Source: the human T2T-CHM13v2.0 reference genome, Homo sapiens. From it: 64,000 nt of DNA. The position numbers and the translations under genes are program-made. Positions within the stretch are counted from its first letter, which is position 1. Each line of letters starts with the position of its first letter. The stretch lies in NCBI RefSeq assembly GCF_009914755.1, contig NC_060947.1. One strand, 5' to 3'. Below the pieces are notes generated by a model. It ran no database searches. It had not been told where the DNA came from and saw only the letters and a list, made by a program, of their open reading frames with translations. Below, piece by piece: positions 11,661 to 26,820 of this stretch.

Positions 11661-13386
11661 AATAGTGCCAGAAAACACCACACGTGGTGAAAGGCAATTG
11701 AGAGGACATTGGTAGATTCATTGGAGATGCAGACTAAGCTGTAGGCCCACTAGTTTGCTGGAGACAACCTGGGACAGAGAAAGCTGGGAGGAGACCCACT
11801 GGGATTAGAACAAATCTGTCTGTGGAATCATTTATGCCCCAGGGCATTGTTGAAAACAATAGGGCAATCAGCAGGTAATTAGTGGAGCTAAACAGCTGGG
11901 TATGGTCAGGGAAAAAAACAGTCAAGGAAAGCCCTGCCAAAGGTGACTGTGGGCACAACCAAGGCTGAGCCTTCTGGTGAGCAACATAACAGGCTTCACA
12001 TTGTGCAAGCACAGAGTTTACTAAAATAATCTAGCTAATCACTAAATAAATAAATATGCAAATATCAGTAAAAAGCTCCAGATGGGGAAGAGGAAAATAG
12101 TACCCAGAGGTGCTACAATATATTATCCAAAATGCTCAGTTTTCAACAAAAAATTATGAGATTTGCAGGGAAACAGGAAAGTATAACCCATATACCAGAA
12201 AAAGGCAGACACTAGGAGCTCCTTGTGAGAGTGGCCAGATGTCAGTTTGAACAAAGACTTCAAAGTAGCTATTATTAATATGTTCACAGAACTACAAGAA
12301 ACCATGATTAAAGAAGTAAAGAAAGATATGATGATGTTGCATCAAATATAAAATATCAAAGACATAGAAATTATTTTTAAAACAAATTGAAATTCTGGGA
12401 TTCAAAAGTACAATAACTAAAATGAAAAATTCAGTATTACACTTGAACTGCCAAAAGAATCAGTAAACTTGAAGGTAAATTGATAGAAATTATGCAATCT
12501 GAATAACCAAGAGAAGAAAAGACTAAATACAAATGTACAGTGCCTCAGAGAAATGTGGAACACCATTAAGTATTACATTAGCAAAGGAATTACTCCCAAC
12601 AAGAAATCCATAGGAACCAACTGAAGAGATCTAAAAATGATATCTAAGAAGGTCAAAACCTATTAACATATACTCGTTCTCCTCTCTTCTCTCAGCTTCT
12701 TTAAAATACATAAGTTCATATAAAGCAATAATTATAATAATGTATTGTTGAGTTTGTCAGATGTATAGTTGTAACATACATAACAATAATATGACAAAAA
12801 TGGAGAAGGAAATAGAATGATATAGAAATAACATTTCTATATCTCACTGGAATTAAGTTAGTATAAATCTGAAGCTGATTCTGATAAGCTAATATGTATA
12901 TGGTAAGTCTAGAGCAACCACTAAGGAAATAACTAAAAAATATGGTTTAAAAATCATTTTAAAAATTAAAACGCTATATTAGAGAATATTCAGTTAATGC
13001 AAAAGAAAGTGGTAAAGGAAGATTCGAGGAAGACAGGAGACCTACAGAAAACAAAAAGTAAAATGGCAGGTATAAATCCAACTAAATCAATAATAACATT
13101 AAGTCTGAATGGGTTAAACTATCCAATAAAAGACAGTTGTTAAAATGGAAATTAAAAAACCAAGATCAAACCATTTGCTGTCTATAGCAGACAAACTTCA
13201 GATTCAAAGATACAATAGACTGAAAGTAAAAGGATGAAAAAAGATACATAATTTTGTCTGATTTTACTATAGCCAGCTTTCTGGAGTGGCCACAGTAATA
13301 TTAGACAAAACAGAGTTTAAGAAAAAAAAAAGTGTTAGTAGAGATAAAGAAGGACATTGTATAATGATAAAAGGGTTAATCCATCA

Positions 13387-13812
<426 letters not shown>

Positions 13813-14321
13813 TCAACAATAATAGTTGGGATAGTTGGGGACTTTCAACTTTTAATAATGGATAGAAGAACTAGGCAGAAGATCAACAAGGAAATAGAAG
13901 ACTTGAACAACACTATAAACCAACTAGACCAAACAGACATATATGGAACATTCCACCCAACAAAAGAATATACATTCTTCTCAAATGCACATGGGACATA
14001 CTCCAGAATAGACCATATGCTAGGCAATAAAACAAACCACAATAAATTTGAAAGATTAGAGATAATTCTAAGTATTTCCCCTAGCATAGAATGAAAGTAA
14101 AAAACAATAACAGAAATAAATTTGGGAAACTCACAAATATGTGGAAATTAAACAACACACTCCTAAATCACTAACGGATCAAAGATAAAATAAAGAGGAA
14201 AATTAGAAAATATGTTAAGACTAATGAAAATGAAGATACAAAATACCAAACCTTACAGCATGCGTCTAAACCAATGCTTAGAAAGACATTTATAGCTGTA
14301 AATGCCTACAGTAAAAAAGAA

Positions 14322-14450
14322 GGCTGGGCACAGTGACATGTGTCAGTAGTCCCAGCTACTTGGGAGGCTGAGGTGAGAGGATAACCTGAGCCCAGGAGTT
14401 TGAGACCAGCCTGGGTAACGTAACAAGGCTCTATCTTCAAGAAAAAAAAG
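14322..14450 (+). mobile_element. Alu monomer (FLAM/FRAM-like)
   Basis: ggctgggcacagtgacatgtgtcagtagtcccagctac...gagaccagcctggg plus A-tail. Confidence 0.75.
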
Positions 14451-15604
14451 GAAGAAAGATCTCATATCAATAACCTAACCTTCCACCTTAAGACACTGAA
14501 AAAGAAGAGCAAACTAAACCTAAAGCAAGCAGAAGGAAGGGAATAATAAAAACTAGAGTGGAAATTAATAAAATAAAGAATAGAAAAATAATAGGAAAAG
14601 TCAATAAAAACAAAAGCTGGTTCTCTGTAAGGATCAACAAAATGAACAAACATTTAAATTGATTAGCCTGGAAAAAAAAAGAGAAGACTCAAACAACTAG
14701 AGTCAAAAACGAAAGAGGGTACATTACTATTGACTTTACAGAAATAAGAGGATTATGGAGGAACACTATGAATAACTGTATGCCAATAAATTACATAACT
14801 TAGATTAAATAAATGGATTCCTAGAAAGACACTACCAAAACTGACTCCTGGATAAATACAGAATCTGAATAGACCTATAACAAATAAAGAGAATGAACTA
14901 CCAATGAAGGAACATCCAGGCCAAGATGGCTTCATTGGTGAATTCTACCAAACATGTAAATAAAAATTAATATTCGCTTTTCACAAACTTTTACAAAAAA
15001 AGAAGAGGAGAGAACATTTCTCCACTCATTATATGAGGCCAGTGTTACTCTGTTACCAAAACTATACAAAGACACCACATGAAAACTACAAGGCAATATC
15101 TCTTATGCTGTAGATTTTTTTGAGGATGCAAAAATCCTCAAAAAATATTTCAAACAAATCCAGCATCATATAGAAAGAATTATACAATATGACCAAGTGA
15201 GGTTTATCCCAGGAATGCAAAGTTGATTTAACATTCAAAAATCGATCAATGTAATACACCATATGAATAGAATAAAGCACAAAAACTACATGATGATCTC
15301 AAAAGATGAAGAAAAAAATGTTCAACAAAATTCAACATCATTTCATGATAAAAACACACAACAAATGAGGAATACAAGCAAAATTCCTTAACCTGACAAA
15401 GGGTATATATGAAAAAGACACAGTTAACAACATACTTAATGATGAAAGACTGGATGCTTTCCCCTTAAGATCAGGAACAAGACAAGAATGTCTGTTCTCT
15501 CCACTTCCATTCAACTTTGCACTAGAGGTTCTAGCCGCGGAGGTTAGACCAAAAAAAAGAAAGAAAAGACATCCAGATTGGAAAGGAAGAAGTAAAACAA
15601 CCTC

Positions 15605-15860
15605 TGTCTTAGTCCATTCAGGCTGCTATAACAAAATACCATACACTGGGTAGCTTATAAACAACAGAATTTTATTTCTCACAGCTCTGGAGGCTGGAAG
15701 TTCAAGAACATGGTGCCAGCAGATTTGGTGCCTGATTAGGGCTGAATCTCTGGTTCACAGATAGCACCTTCTAGCTGTGTACTCACATGGTAGAAGGGGC
15801 AAATAAGTTCCCTCAGGCCTCCTTATAAGAGCACTAATCCCTTATAATGCTCTACCCTCA
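15605..15860. mobile_element. MaLR (MLT1/MST-type) LTR fragment
   Basis: tgtcttagtccattcaggctgctataacaaaataccat...ctggaggctggaagttcaag. Confidence 0.75.
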
Positions 15861-16855
15861 CAGAGCACTTCATCAGACTTGTAATTTACCAGAAATAAAC
15901 AATCCAAATAATAACAAGTATTGGTGAGGATGAGGAGAAATGGAAACCCTCATACGCTGCTGGTGGAAATGTAAAATGACAGTTCCTCAAAATGTTAAAC
16001 ACGGAGTAATCATATGACCCAGCAATTCCAGACCTAGTTACATACCCAAGAGAAAAAAAACCCACAAATACATGTCCACACAAAAACTTACATGAATGTT
16101 TATAGCAGCATTATTCATAATAGCCAAAAGGTGAAAAGAATCTAAATGTCTATCAACTGATGAATGCATAAACAAAATGTGGTATATTTAGATGATGGAA
16201 AACTATTTGGTCATTAAAAATAAAGTTTTGATACATGCTACAATATGGATGGGCCTTGAAAACATTATGCTAAGTGAAAGAAGCCAATCACAAAAGACCA
16301 TATATTGCATGATTCCATTTATATGAAATACAGAGAATAGGCAATTCCATAGAGACAAGGAGTAGATTAATGGTTGGCTAGGGTTGGGGAGGATGGAGGG
16401 TAGAGAGTCTTAACCAAAGGGTATAAACTTTCTTTATGAGGTGATGAAAATGTTCTAAAATTGATTGTAGTGATGGTTACACATATCTCTTAATATACTA
16501 AAAGCCACTGAACTGTACACTTTCAATGGGTGAACTCTATGTCATGTGAACAACAACTTAATAAAACTGTTTTTTTTAAAAAAAAAAAAGAATGAAAAGG
16601 GGTCATTATTACAGATCCTCTAAGAACGTAAGGGACAGTATGGTAGTATTATGAATAACTTTATGCCAATAAATGCAATAATGTAGATAAAATGGTCAAA
16701 TTTCTTGAAAGATACAAATTACCAAGCTCACTCAAAAAATAAATAGAAAACCTGAACAGAAGAGTGGTGTTTAACCACCAGGTCTCTGAAAGAAATTAAA
16801 AACCCTGATTCATAGAGTATCTGACTTCTAAAGTGTAAACCATGGCCAATTTTAA

Positions 16856-17257
<402 letters not shown>

Positions 17258-17873
17258 CTACCACTGTCTATATCTGTAGAATAAAATTAATTTGTTATTA
17301 AAAACTTTCCAAGAAAACTCCAGACCCAGATGTCTTCACTAGTGAATTCTATCAAACATTTAAAGCTGAAATAACACAAATGTTAAACAAACTCTCAGAA
17401 AGTAAAGGAAAAGGCCTCCTCTCTACATAATGAGGCCTGAATTACCCTGATGCCAATACAAAAACATTACAAGAAAACTATAGACATTATGTTTATAGAT
17501 GCAAAAATTCTTAACAAAATTTTGGGAATTTGAATCCAGCAATAAATAAAAAGTATATATATATTTATCATGACCAAGTGAGGTTTATCACAAAAATGCA
17601 AAGTTGGTCAAGTACTTGGAAGTCAATTTAATTAAACATATTAACAAAATAAGGAGAAAAATATGACCACCTCAATAGATACAGAAACAGCATTTGATAA
17701 AAGTCAATAAAATCTCTCAGGAAACAATTAGAAAGGAACTTCCTTAACCTGAAATAGGGTATCTATTAAAAAAAAAATCACAGCTGACATAACACTTAAT
17801 AGTGAAAGAATGATTTCCTCTTATGATAGGGGATCATGCAAGGATGTCAGTTCTCACCACTGTTATTCAACTA

Positions 17874-18325
<452 letters not shown>

Positions 18326-19149
18326 CTACAAAAAGTTATTGGAATTACTAAGTGAATTTAGCATGATCTAAAGATAAAAGGTCAATATACAAAAATCAAG
18401 TATATATTTTATATACTAGAAATAAACAATTAGAAGACAAAAAATTTAAAGTACCACTTGCAAAGGCATCAAAAAGCATGAAATAATTAGAAATAAAGTT
18501 TATTAAATATGTGGAGATTTTATATTGAAAATTATAATACATTACTGAGAGTAATTATGGAAGACCTAAATAAATGAAGTATAATACCATGTTCACGTAT
18601 CAGAAGACTCAGTATTGTGAAAGTGGCAATTCTCCTCAGATTGATCCATTTATTCAGTGTAATTCCAGTTAAGATCACAGCCAAGAAAAGCCTAAGACAG
18701 CTTACCAACTAAAAGTGATATAGTATTCTAGATGGCATCCTGGAACAGAAAAAAAGGATATCAGGTAAAAATGAAGAAAATGGGAATAAAGTATGGGCTT
18801 TAGTTAAAGACAATGTCTCAATATTGGTTTGTTAATTATAACAAATGCACCATAGTAATGTAAGATGTTAAAAATAGAGGAAACAGGGTTTGGGATATAT
18901 AGACACTGTATTATTTTCTAGATTTTTTGGTAAATCTAAAACTATTCTAAAAAAAAGAATTATATTTTTAAAATAAAAAAACACGACGTTAAAAAAAAGG
19001 CAACAGGAGAAAAAAACGCTTTATATTTTATTACCTAAAATGGTACTTTTTTTTCTTGCTTTTTGAATAGAGGCCTTGCATTGTCTTTTACACTGGGCCC
19101 TGCAAATTATGGAGCCAGCCCTGCCTCTGTCCCAGCCTCCTTCCCAGGC

Positions 19150-19679
19150 CTCAGGCTGAGGTTGTTCTGGGTGCTTGTAAAAGTCCCTGAAAGGCCAAGG
19201 CTAAGCTGTGGCTCTGTTGCAGCCCAGCAGGGAAGGCCAAAATAGAATGAGTTATGTGCTCTGAGCTTGTCTGGATTCTGGGAAATGCAGCAGCAGCCAC
19301 AGTCCGCAGGTGGTCCCCACTCAGGCCAAATCGTGTTCGTAAGCAAAGGCCCTCCCACCTCAGTATGGTGGGCAGTATGGAATCATTGCTTCCTAGAGCT
19401 AGAAGGGACCTCATTCATGGTTCTACCACAGCCCTCGCCCCCACCATTTAGGGAGAAAAATGATACAAATAGAGGCAAGGAGAGGGGTAGGAGGCTGCCA
19501 CACCTCCAGAGCCTCCAGGGAGTGAATGACAGCATAAGTCTTGCCCAGACCCAAGCCTAGTACTGTCTCTCTTCAGCCCAGGTCTGGACCCACCTTCCCT
19601 GTCCCTGTGCATTTCCAACAGCCTGAGTTGCTACTTAGCCTTTCCTCAGAGCCCCTTCCTTGTTTCTCTGAGCATATAC

Positions 19680-19728
<49 letters not shown>

Positions 19729-20250
19729 GTGCGTGTGTGTGTTTGAGCCCCAGTTAGGATGAGGCCACAAGCAGAAACAGAAAAGAGGAGGCTCCTGTCA
19801 TTGCTTTTCCTACTTGGGAATTTCCCCTGGGGCAGGGGTAGGGAAGGAGCCCATGAGAGTCACAGGCTGGACAGGGCCTGCTGCAGTCAACAGGTCCAGG
19901 TCTGAGAGCAGGTACTGCCATTAGTGCCATTAGGAAAGAATGCAGAGGCAGCAGCCACAGAGGGAACGTCTGGGCTGGAGAGGGCAGAACTCCTCAAGTC
20001 CAGGCAGACAGAGCCTGCAAAGTGAAACCAAGGGGACTCGCAAAGAAGGAGGGTTCTGTTCCTGCCACAGAAGTGCAGCCTCCCCAGCAACAGGAATCCC
20101 TGGAGGAGAAACCCACCCTGGGCTTTCTCAGATCCCCCAGAGAAAGGCCACACCACTTGGAGACTGTTGTCATGGCAGCAGCTGCCCAGTGCTGTGTGTA
20201 AATGTGGGTGGAGCCCACTGCCCAGGAGCAGTTTTACATAGTGGTTAAAG
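19150..20250 (+). repeat. Local duplication module A, copy 1 (paralog at ~33170-34320)
   Basis: Near-identical direct repeat. Both copies give the same spurious ORFs (MCSELVWILGNAAAAT..., MQRQQPQRERLGW...). Confidence 0.95.
19684..19742. repeat. (TG)n microsatellite
   Basis: Visible directly; paralogous shorter (TG)n at 33691-33724. Confidence 0.95.
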
Positions 20251-20279
20251 GTACAATCTCTCATGCCACACTGCCTATG

Positions 20280-20583
20280 TTTTGTTTTTTTTGTTTTCTT
20301 TTGTTTTCAGATGGAATCTCTTATTGGCCAGGCTGGAGTACAGTGGCACAATCACGGCTCACTGAAGCCTTGAGTTCCCAGGCCTCTAACCTCGGCCTCC
20401 CAAGGAACTGGACCACCTGGGACCGCAGGTGTGCACCACCATGCCTGGCTAATTTTTATCGTTTCTAGAGACAGGATCTCACTATGTTACCCAGGCTGGT
20501 CTTGAATTCCTGGGCTCAAGCTATTCTCCCATCATGGCCTCCCAAAGTGTTGGGATTACAGGCGTGAGCCACTGCACCTAGCC
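20280..20583 (-). mobile_element. AluJ
   Basis: Diverged reverse Alu ending gtgagccactgcacctagcc. Confidence 0.85.
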
Positions 20584-23500
20584 TTAGGTTTTAAATCCCA
20601 TCTCAGCTACTTACTATCATCTGTGTTTCCATGGGAACAATTTGTCACCTCCCAGAGCTCAGTTGTCACACTTTTGAAATGGGTTTCAAAACAAACACTC
20701 ATTAGTAATAATGGACCAAGCAATATACCCTCATAGGACCCTAAATCAAGGGTATCAAATCAAATCCATCAGAAGGACAGCCCCACCCCAACCCCAACCC
20801 TACACAAACAAGTAGCAGATCACACTTCTTTGTAACAAATGATTGTCATTTGGTAGCAGAATCACCTTTACCTTATTCCCTCTTGAGAGTCCTTTCTCTT
20901 AAGGGAACCCGAGATCAGCTACTGCTGGGCAGACTTAGAGCCCACATGGAGACTCGGTCTTCATTCCTCCTCTCCTGCTTCTATTTCCTCACACCTCCTT
21001 ATCTGCCCTCCATATTTACTAAGTTCTCATCAAAGTTTAATTTATACCGGTGCAGGAGCTTTCAGGGACTATAGTGTCTTCTATTAGCAGCACTAGAAAG
21101 CAAGCAATCTGAGAAGCCACATGAGAGATGAGAGGAAGGGAACTAGCTCGGCAGGGCATACTCCTGGTTTCACATGCAATAAGGAAAAGAAATTTTTTTC
21201 ACTTGGAGTCAGAACTCTCTGCTGAGATACCTATAGATCTTTCCCGAGTTTGCTGACTTTATCACCCTATTTAGTACTAGTGGCATGCTTTAAATTAATG
21301 ATTTGCAGCTAATATACAGAATGATAGAATCTGGATTCAAAGATTGAGGGAGTGAATCTAATGAGACAAAATTTAACCCAGAAAAAATTAGAAGCTTCTA
21401 TACTTGAGTTAAAACTAAAAAGATTTACAGAAGTGGATTAACAGCTTGAAGTATGAAATAAGGGAGGGGTCTAGTTGACTGCAACTTAAACTGGATTCAA
21501 TTGTGTGATATGGCATTCGCAAAATCTACTATAATTTTAGGATGCATCCATAGATGTATAGCACCTATTCTAAAATGAAGGAGGTGGTAAGATCACTCCA
21601 TTCTGCACTAGGCAGTATATTCAGTGTTTTCAGAGACATTTACACATTCAGGAATGTGTAGAATAATGAATGACTTTGAAAAAATATGTCACATCAGAAA
21701 TGGCTGAAATAACTGGGGAGGTTAAACCCCCCAAAAAAGTCTTGGTGAGAACATAATTCTTTAAGGATTATGTGAGATGGCATATTGAAAATACTTAGTG
21801 CAATGCCTGGCATAAAGTGCACAATTAATCTTAATATTAAAAGGATGTTAATTAGTAGTATTGTTAGCACTGTGTCATACTATTATTATTACTATTATTA
21901 TAGTTAATGCTTATAGAGTGCTTTCTATGTGCTAGGCTCTATTCCAGATCCTTTACATAGGTTGACTCATTGACTCAGTTATTCCTCTTACAATTCTATG
22001 AGGTAGGTACTATTATTGTCTCCAATGTTGTAGATGAGGAAGCTGAGTCACAGAAGATTGAGTAGATTGCCTAGTGTGTCTCACAGAATGGAAGGGGAAA
22101 GAACCAGAATAGAAGCTGTGGCAATTTTAAGCTGTCAAGGATGAAAGGTACTTTTATTATTTTATACCTGTTCTGTACCACTCCACAGGGCAGAGCCAGG
22201 ACCAATGTGTGTAAACTACTGGGAGGCAGATTTTAACTCAACAGAAGCAAAAATCAATTAATTAATTAATTTTAAAACTCTGAATGATTAGAACTTTCTG
22301 AGATTTCAGTGAGATATCTTATAAGGCAGTGAGTTCTCCATCACAGGATTTAAGAAGAATAAGGATAGAAATGAATGAAATGGGACTTCTCTAGGAAAGA
22401 AACTATACAAATGAGAAACCAACCCTTGATGAAAAAATAAGAAGGCATAGTGAAACTTGGTTTTAAAGACACATCTCACAGAGAAATTGGAAAGTAAAAC
22501 AGTTATAAAAAAGATATGAAGGTAAACTAATATTTGTCTAAATGCTATCTCAACACAAAGTTAATCAGATATCAGAGAAAAGCAACAAACAGTTCTTAAA
22601 AGGGGAAATTTCACATGAATTTCTGTTCAGAAACTTACTAAACAGCCTGGCTTTAAAACAAAATCCCAGGATCCTCACAGATCAGATGGTCATCTACCCT
22701 GAAAGTGTAAAACACAGAGGGAAGGGAAGTAGTATGCTCTGTAGGGGAAAGAGCATCTGCATAAGAAAGTAGCATCCAGGCTGATGTGAGTAGATGAGAG
22801 GCAGGCATAAGGTTAAAGATCATAAAATACTGTTAGATAAAAAAAAATACATATTGCAATGACAATTGAAAATGCTAGCATAATTGTAGTCCTGCTATTC
22901 AGTATGTGGTCAACAGAATTATTGCATAGTTTAATATGGAATGCCCTCCCTGCTGCATCTATCTTTTGGGGTCCAGCAGTCCCAGAACTCAAATATTTGT
23001 TGATTTAGTGAATTAATATAAACTTCCTCAACCAGAAGCACCAAGAGGTGGCTGGTTAAGGATTGAGAGTCCCAGTAAAATCTATTTATTCTATTATGAA
23101 TAACTACTGAATAATTTATATATATGTACACATGTATATAAATATATTTTATAATCTATTCAGTGTGTATACATGCATATATATGCGTGTATATATATAC
23201 ACGCATATATATGTGTGTATATATATACACACATAGAGAGAATAATGCCAAGCTCTCCACCAAGGACTATCCCATTTCAGATAATAAGTGTTCTGGACTG
23301 TTTGTACTTAGATGGACAAATACGTATTTGATTTATGAAAATCAAAGTATTCATTCTTTTTAGATCTACAAACTTTACAAACTCAACTCTTTCTACAGGT
23401 CTCGAACTGAATGATTACCAATTTAGATCTGGGGGCTCAAAGAAACAAAATGTGATGTCAAGAAAAAGTGAAAGATTGTCTCCCATGAAAGTGACAAGAG

Positions 23501-23859
23501 ATGAAACATGCTGAATGAGCCTAAATGGACATGATGGAGATACGGATGTGGATTAAAACTGAGAGTGTTGGGATATAAGGATATAATACTGATTTATGAA
23601 GGTGAACAGTCAAACGTCAGTGCAGGATCTGAACTGCAGGGGAAATAAGGGGCCTTGGTGGCTAAGGAAGGGAGGAGGGGAGAAAGAGGTGGTACTAGGG
23701 GAAGTAGCACAGAGGAAGAGGCAATACTACCCGAGACTAGATGCGGACCGTCTCTGGCAACCAGGAAAAGGCAAATACAAAGAGAGGTGAGTGACAATGC
23801 CTGGTGTGTCTCGGGTCAGAGAACACTAGCAGGCACTAGCAGGTGGCTGCGGCAGGGCC

Positions 23860-24018
23860 GCAGATCAAAGTGGTAACTGGGGATCTGAGTTCGGCAGTGA
23901 CGCGCGTCCCTCACGTGACCAGGAGCCTCTATGTGCCCAAGTCCCTCTCGTCCCGGTCTTTTTTTTGCCTGTCCACCATCTCCCTATTACCCTTTGGTCG
24001 AGAGGGAAAGCAGAAGAA
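23860..24018 (+). promoter_or_regulatory. TCEAL1: TCEAL1 promoter and non-coding exon 1 (donor aa|gtaagt at 24019)
   Basis: gtgacgcgcgtccctcacgtgacc (half-CRE plus E-box, 23897-23920); consensus donor gtaagt; GC-rich island continues to ~24840. Confidence 0.75.
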
Positions 24019-24486
24019 GTAAGTTCCCTCTACCCTCTTAAATCGGTGTGAGTGTCGGCGCTGCCTAGTAACCCGGGGAATGGGGTTGACAGAATCGGGA
24101 TGGCGGAGTCCAGGCCTTTCCCTAAGCTCCAGCCCCGCCCCCCGCGCCCACATTTCTGTGCAAAATATGGTGGTCTTTGGGGCGGGGTGGGGAGGCGAGT
24201 ACCTCCCCCGTCCCCCGGGAGGGGGGTACAGACATTTGGAAATAGTTTCTAAAAATGCTTCGCTTCCACTTCTCATCTGAAAAGAAATGGCAAGCTTTGC
24301 GGGGTGGGGAGGTGGGAGCACGGAGGACGAAGCTTGACGCAGGGGCTGAGACGAAAAGAGAACCCGAGAGCTAGGGGAGCGTGCAGGCAGTGGCTGGTGC
24401 CCAGAAAGTGGGGGGTGGGGGGTGTCAGTCAGTCCGTCCCTCCTCCCCACTCCCCGCCCCCTACCCTGTCTTGCGTCTGTGTGCAG

Positions 24487-24566
24487 GTCTGCTGGTCACA
24501 GCGGGGCACCTCGAGGAGAGGACGACTAGGAGCACACGGCCCGGAAAGGTCCAGGTCAGGGAAGGG
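24487..24566 (+). other. TCEAL1: TCEAL1 non-coding exon 2 (3' end ambiguous among several donors)
   Basis: Acceptor gtgtgcag|gtctgc homologous to TCEAL3 exon 2; candidate GT donors at 24549, 24555 and 24567. Confidence 0.65.
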
Positions 24567-24909
24567 GTACGCAGTGGGCCGGGACTGGGGCGCGAGGGTG
24601 GACGCCGAAAGGCATGGAGTCTGCAGGCCGCACTGTCCCGCCCCTGTCACTGCGGGCGAGGCCTGTAGCAAAGCCTGCTGGGAAAATGGTGGGCTTTCGG
24701 GAAGGAGGGGGCGACCGGGAAGCGGCGGAGTCGGGAGAGCCGGAGAGCCTCTGGGAAAGCGCAAGGTTGAGGACCTGGCCCCCGAATCAGGAAAAGGCAG
24801 GTATTGGAACCCACGGCCTGGGTGTTAGTCCAGCCGCTTAGTATTCTGACTCTATTCTGCCTTTCTTGTCTCCTAAGAATAACTGTGCTTGAAGAAGAAA
24901 ATTCCCAAC

Positions 24910-25389
24910 ATGGACAAACCACGCAAAGAAAATGAAGAAGAGCCGCAGAGCGCGCCCAAGACCGATGAGGAGAGGCCTCCGGTGGAGCACTCTCCCGAAA
25001 AGCAGTCCCCCGAGGAGCAGTCTTCGGAGGAGCAGTCCTCGGAGGAGGAGTTCTTTCCTGAGGAGCTCTTGCCTGAGCTCCTGCCTGAGATGCTCCTCTC
25101 GGAGGAGCGCCCTCCGCAGGAGGGTCTTTCCAGGAAGGACCTGTTTGAGGGGCGCCCTCCCATGGAGCAGCCTCCTTGTGGAGTAGGAAAACATAAGCTT
25201 GAAGAAGGAAGCTTTAAAGAAAGGTTGGCTCGTTCTCGCCCGCAATTTAGAGGGGACATACATGGCAGAAATTTAAGCAATGAGGAGATGATACAGGCAG
25301 CAGATGAGCTAGAAGAGATGAAAAGAGTAAGAAACAAACTGATGATAATGCACTGGAAGGCAAAACGGAGCCGTCCTTATCCTATTTAA
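24910..25389 (+). CDS. TCEAL1: Transcription elongation factor A (SII)-like 1 (p21/SIIR), 159 aa, single coding exon (acceptor at 24877/24878)
   Basis: [24 protein letters not shown]...[25 protein letters not shown]. Recognised TCEAL1 sequence; good Kozak context aacATGg. Confidence 0.96.
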   Translation: MDKPRKENEEEPQSAPKTDEERPPVEHSPEKQSPEEQSSEEQSSEEEFFPEELLPELLPEMLLSEERPPQEGLSRKDLFEGRPPMEQPPCGVGKHKLEEGSFKERLARSRPQFRGDIHGRNLSNEEMIQAADELEEMKRVRNKLMIMHWKAKRSRPYPI

Positions 25390-25917
25390 TGTGTTCGGCC
25401 TTTAATTCTGTTTTGCCTGCTAATAGTATTGCCATTGCCACCTGGACTTTCTGTTTGCATTTTCTTAATGCCTTTTCCCATATTCTGAATTTTAACTTTT
25501 TGTGAGGCTTTATTTTAGATGTTTAGCATGTAACTCGCTTAAAGTTGAGGTTTCCCCCTAAAATCTACAAGTTTCCCTCTTTCAGTCATGAGCCCTACAC
25601 ATTTGCATGAAAGATGTACATTATATATTGTGAAACGAAAAAAGCAATTTTCAAATGGTATATATTGTATCCCATTTTTGTAAAAAAAATGTATATTTAT
25701 ATATTAATATGCAAAGAAAAAGCTAAAAGTATAGACTTCAAAGGCATAACAGTGGTTGTGTGGTAAGATAATAGGTGATTTTTTAAATTTTTGTTTTATC
25801 TGAATTTCTCATTTTTTCAGGACAAACGTTTTACTTGTGTTGCAAAAATATATAATGAAAAAATCACACAATTTTGAAGAAAACTGTCAATCAGCTTATA
25901 ACGACAATGTGGCACTT

Positions 25918-25923
25918 AATAAA
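25918..25923 (+). terminator. TCEAL1: Polyadenylation signal AATAAA of TCEAL1
   Basis: aataaa at the end of an AU-rich 3' UTR. Confidence 0.7.
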
Positions 25924-26525
25924 TACTTGTCAGAACTTTAAAAAAAGTGAATCCTATGTTTTTTTCTGAATCTCTTAGGCACAAATATTAGCCAGATATG
26001 GATTATATTTAATAGTCATTTTGTTCTCATTTAAATAGGAATAATACTTGCTTTACAGTGCTACTGTGGGACCAGATGAGAAAAAGGTTGTGTGAGCTAT
26101 GTTCGGGGTCTTTATTCCACCTGCACAGGCAGGACCCCAACCCCTATAGATTCCCTGCAGACATAGGGAAGGTACCCAAAGGAGATCTCACTTGTGCTCA
26201 CAAACAATTCCGGTGAGATTCCAAGTGAGTGCCACATTCTATTCATGTCCTGCTGTACTCTCAGATACCTACCGTATCTGCTAGGCACAGCTGCTCCTTC
26301 TCCTGGGTCCTGATCCTTCCACTGGCTCTCATCCCTGCTGACGTGCTGGACTGCTTAAGGTACAAAGCCTCACTGATTGCTCTGGAGTCCCTGGTGGGCC
26401 CAAGCTGAATTGTGTCTCCTGCAGATATATGAATGCCCTTCTTCCAGCTTTAATATTGCACTTAGCTAGGAGGCTACCATCTCAATGCTGCTTAGACCTC
26501 AATGTCTTTAAAAAATGCTTAGTAA

Positions 26526-26820
<295 letters not shown>

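Noticed and set aside
19254-20264. Paired ORFs in duplicated modules A and B as a novel gene family
   Set aside because: Similarity just reflects DNA identity; indels between copies shift frames, and no splice or domain evidence is visible.
24889-24909. 7-aa N-terminal extension of TCEAL1 in the ORF track
   Set aside because: It starts at TTG; the ATG at 24910 has a strong Kozak context and gives the recognised protein.
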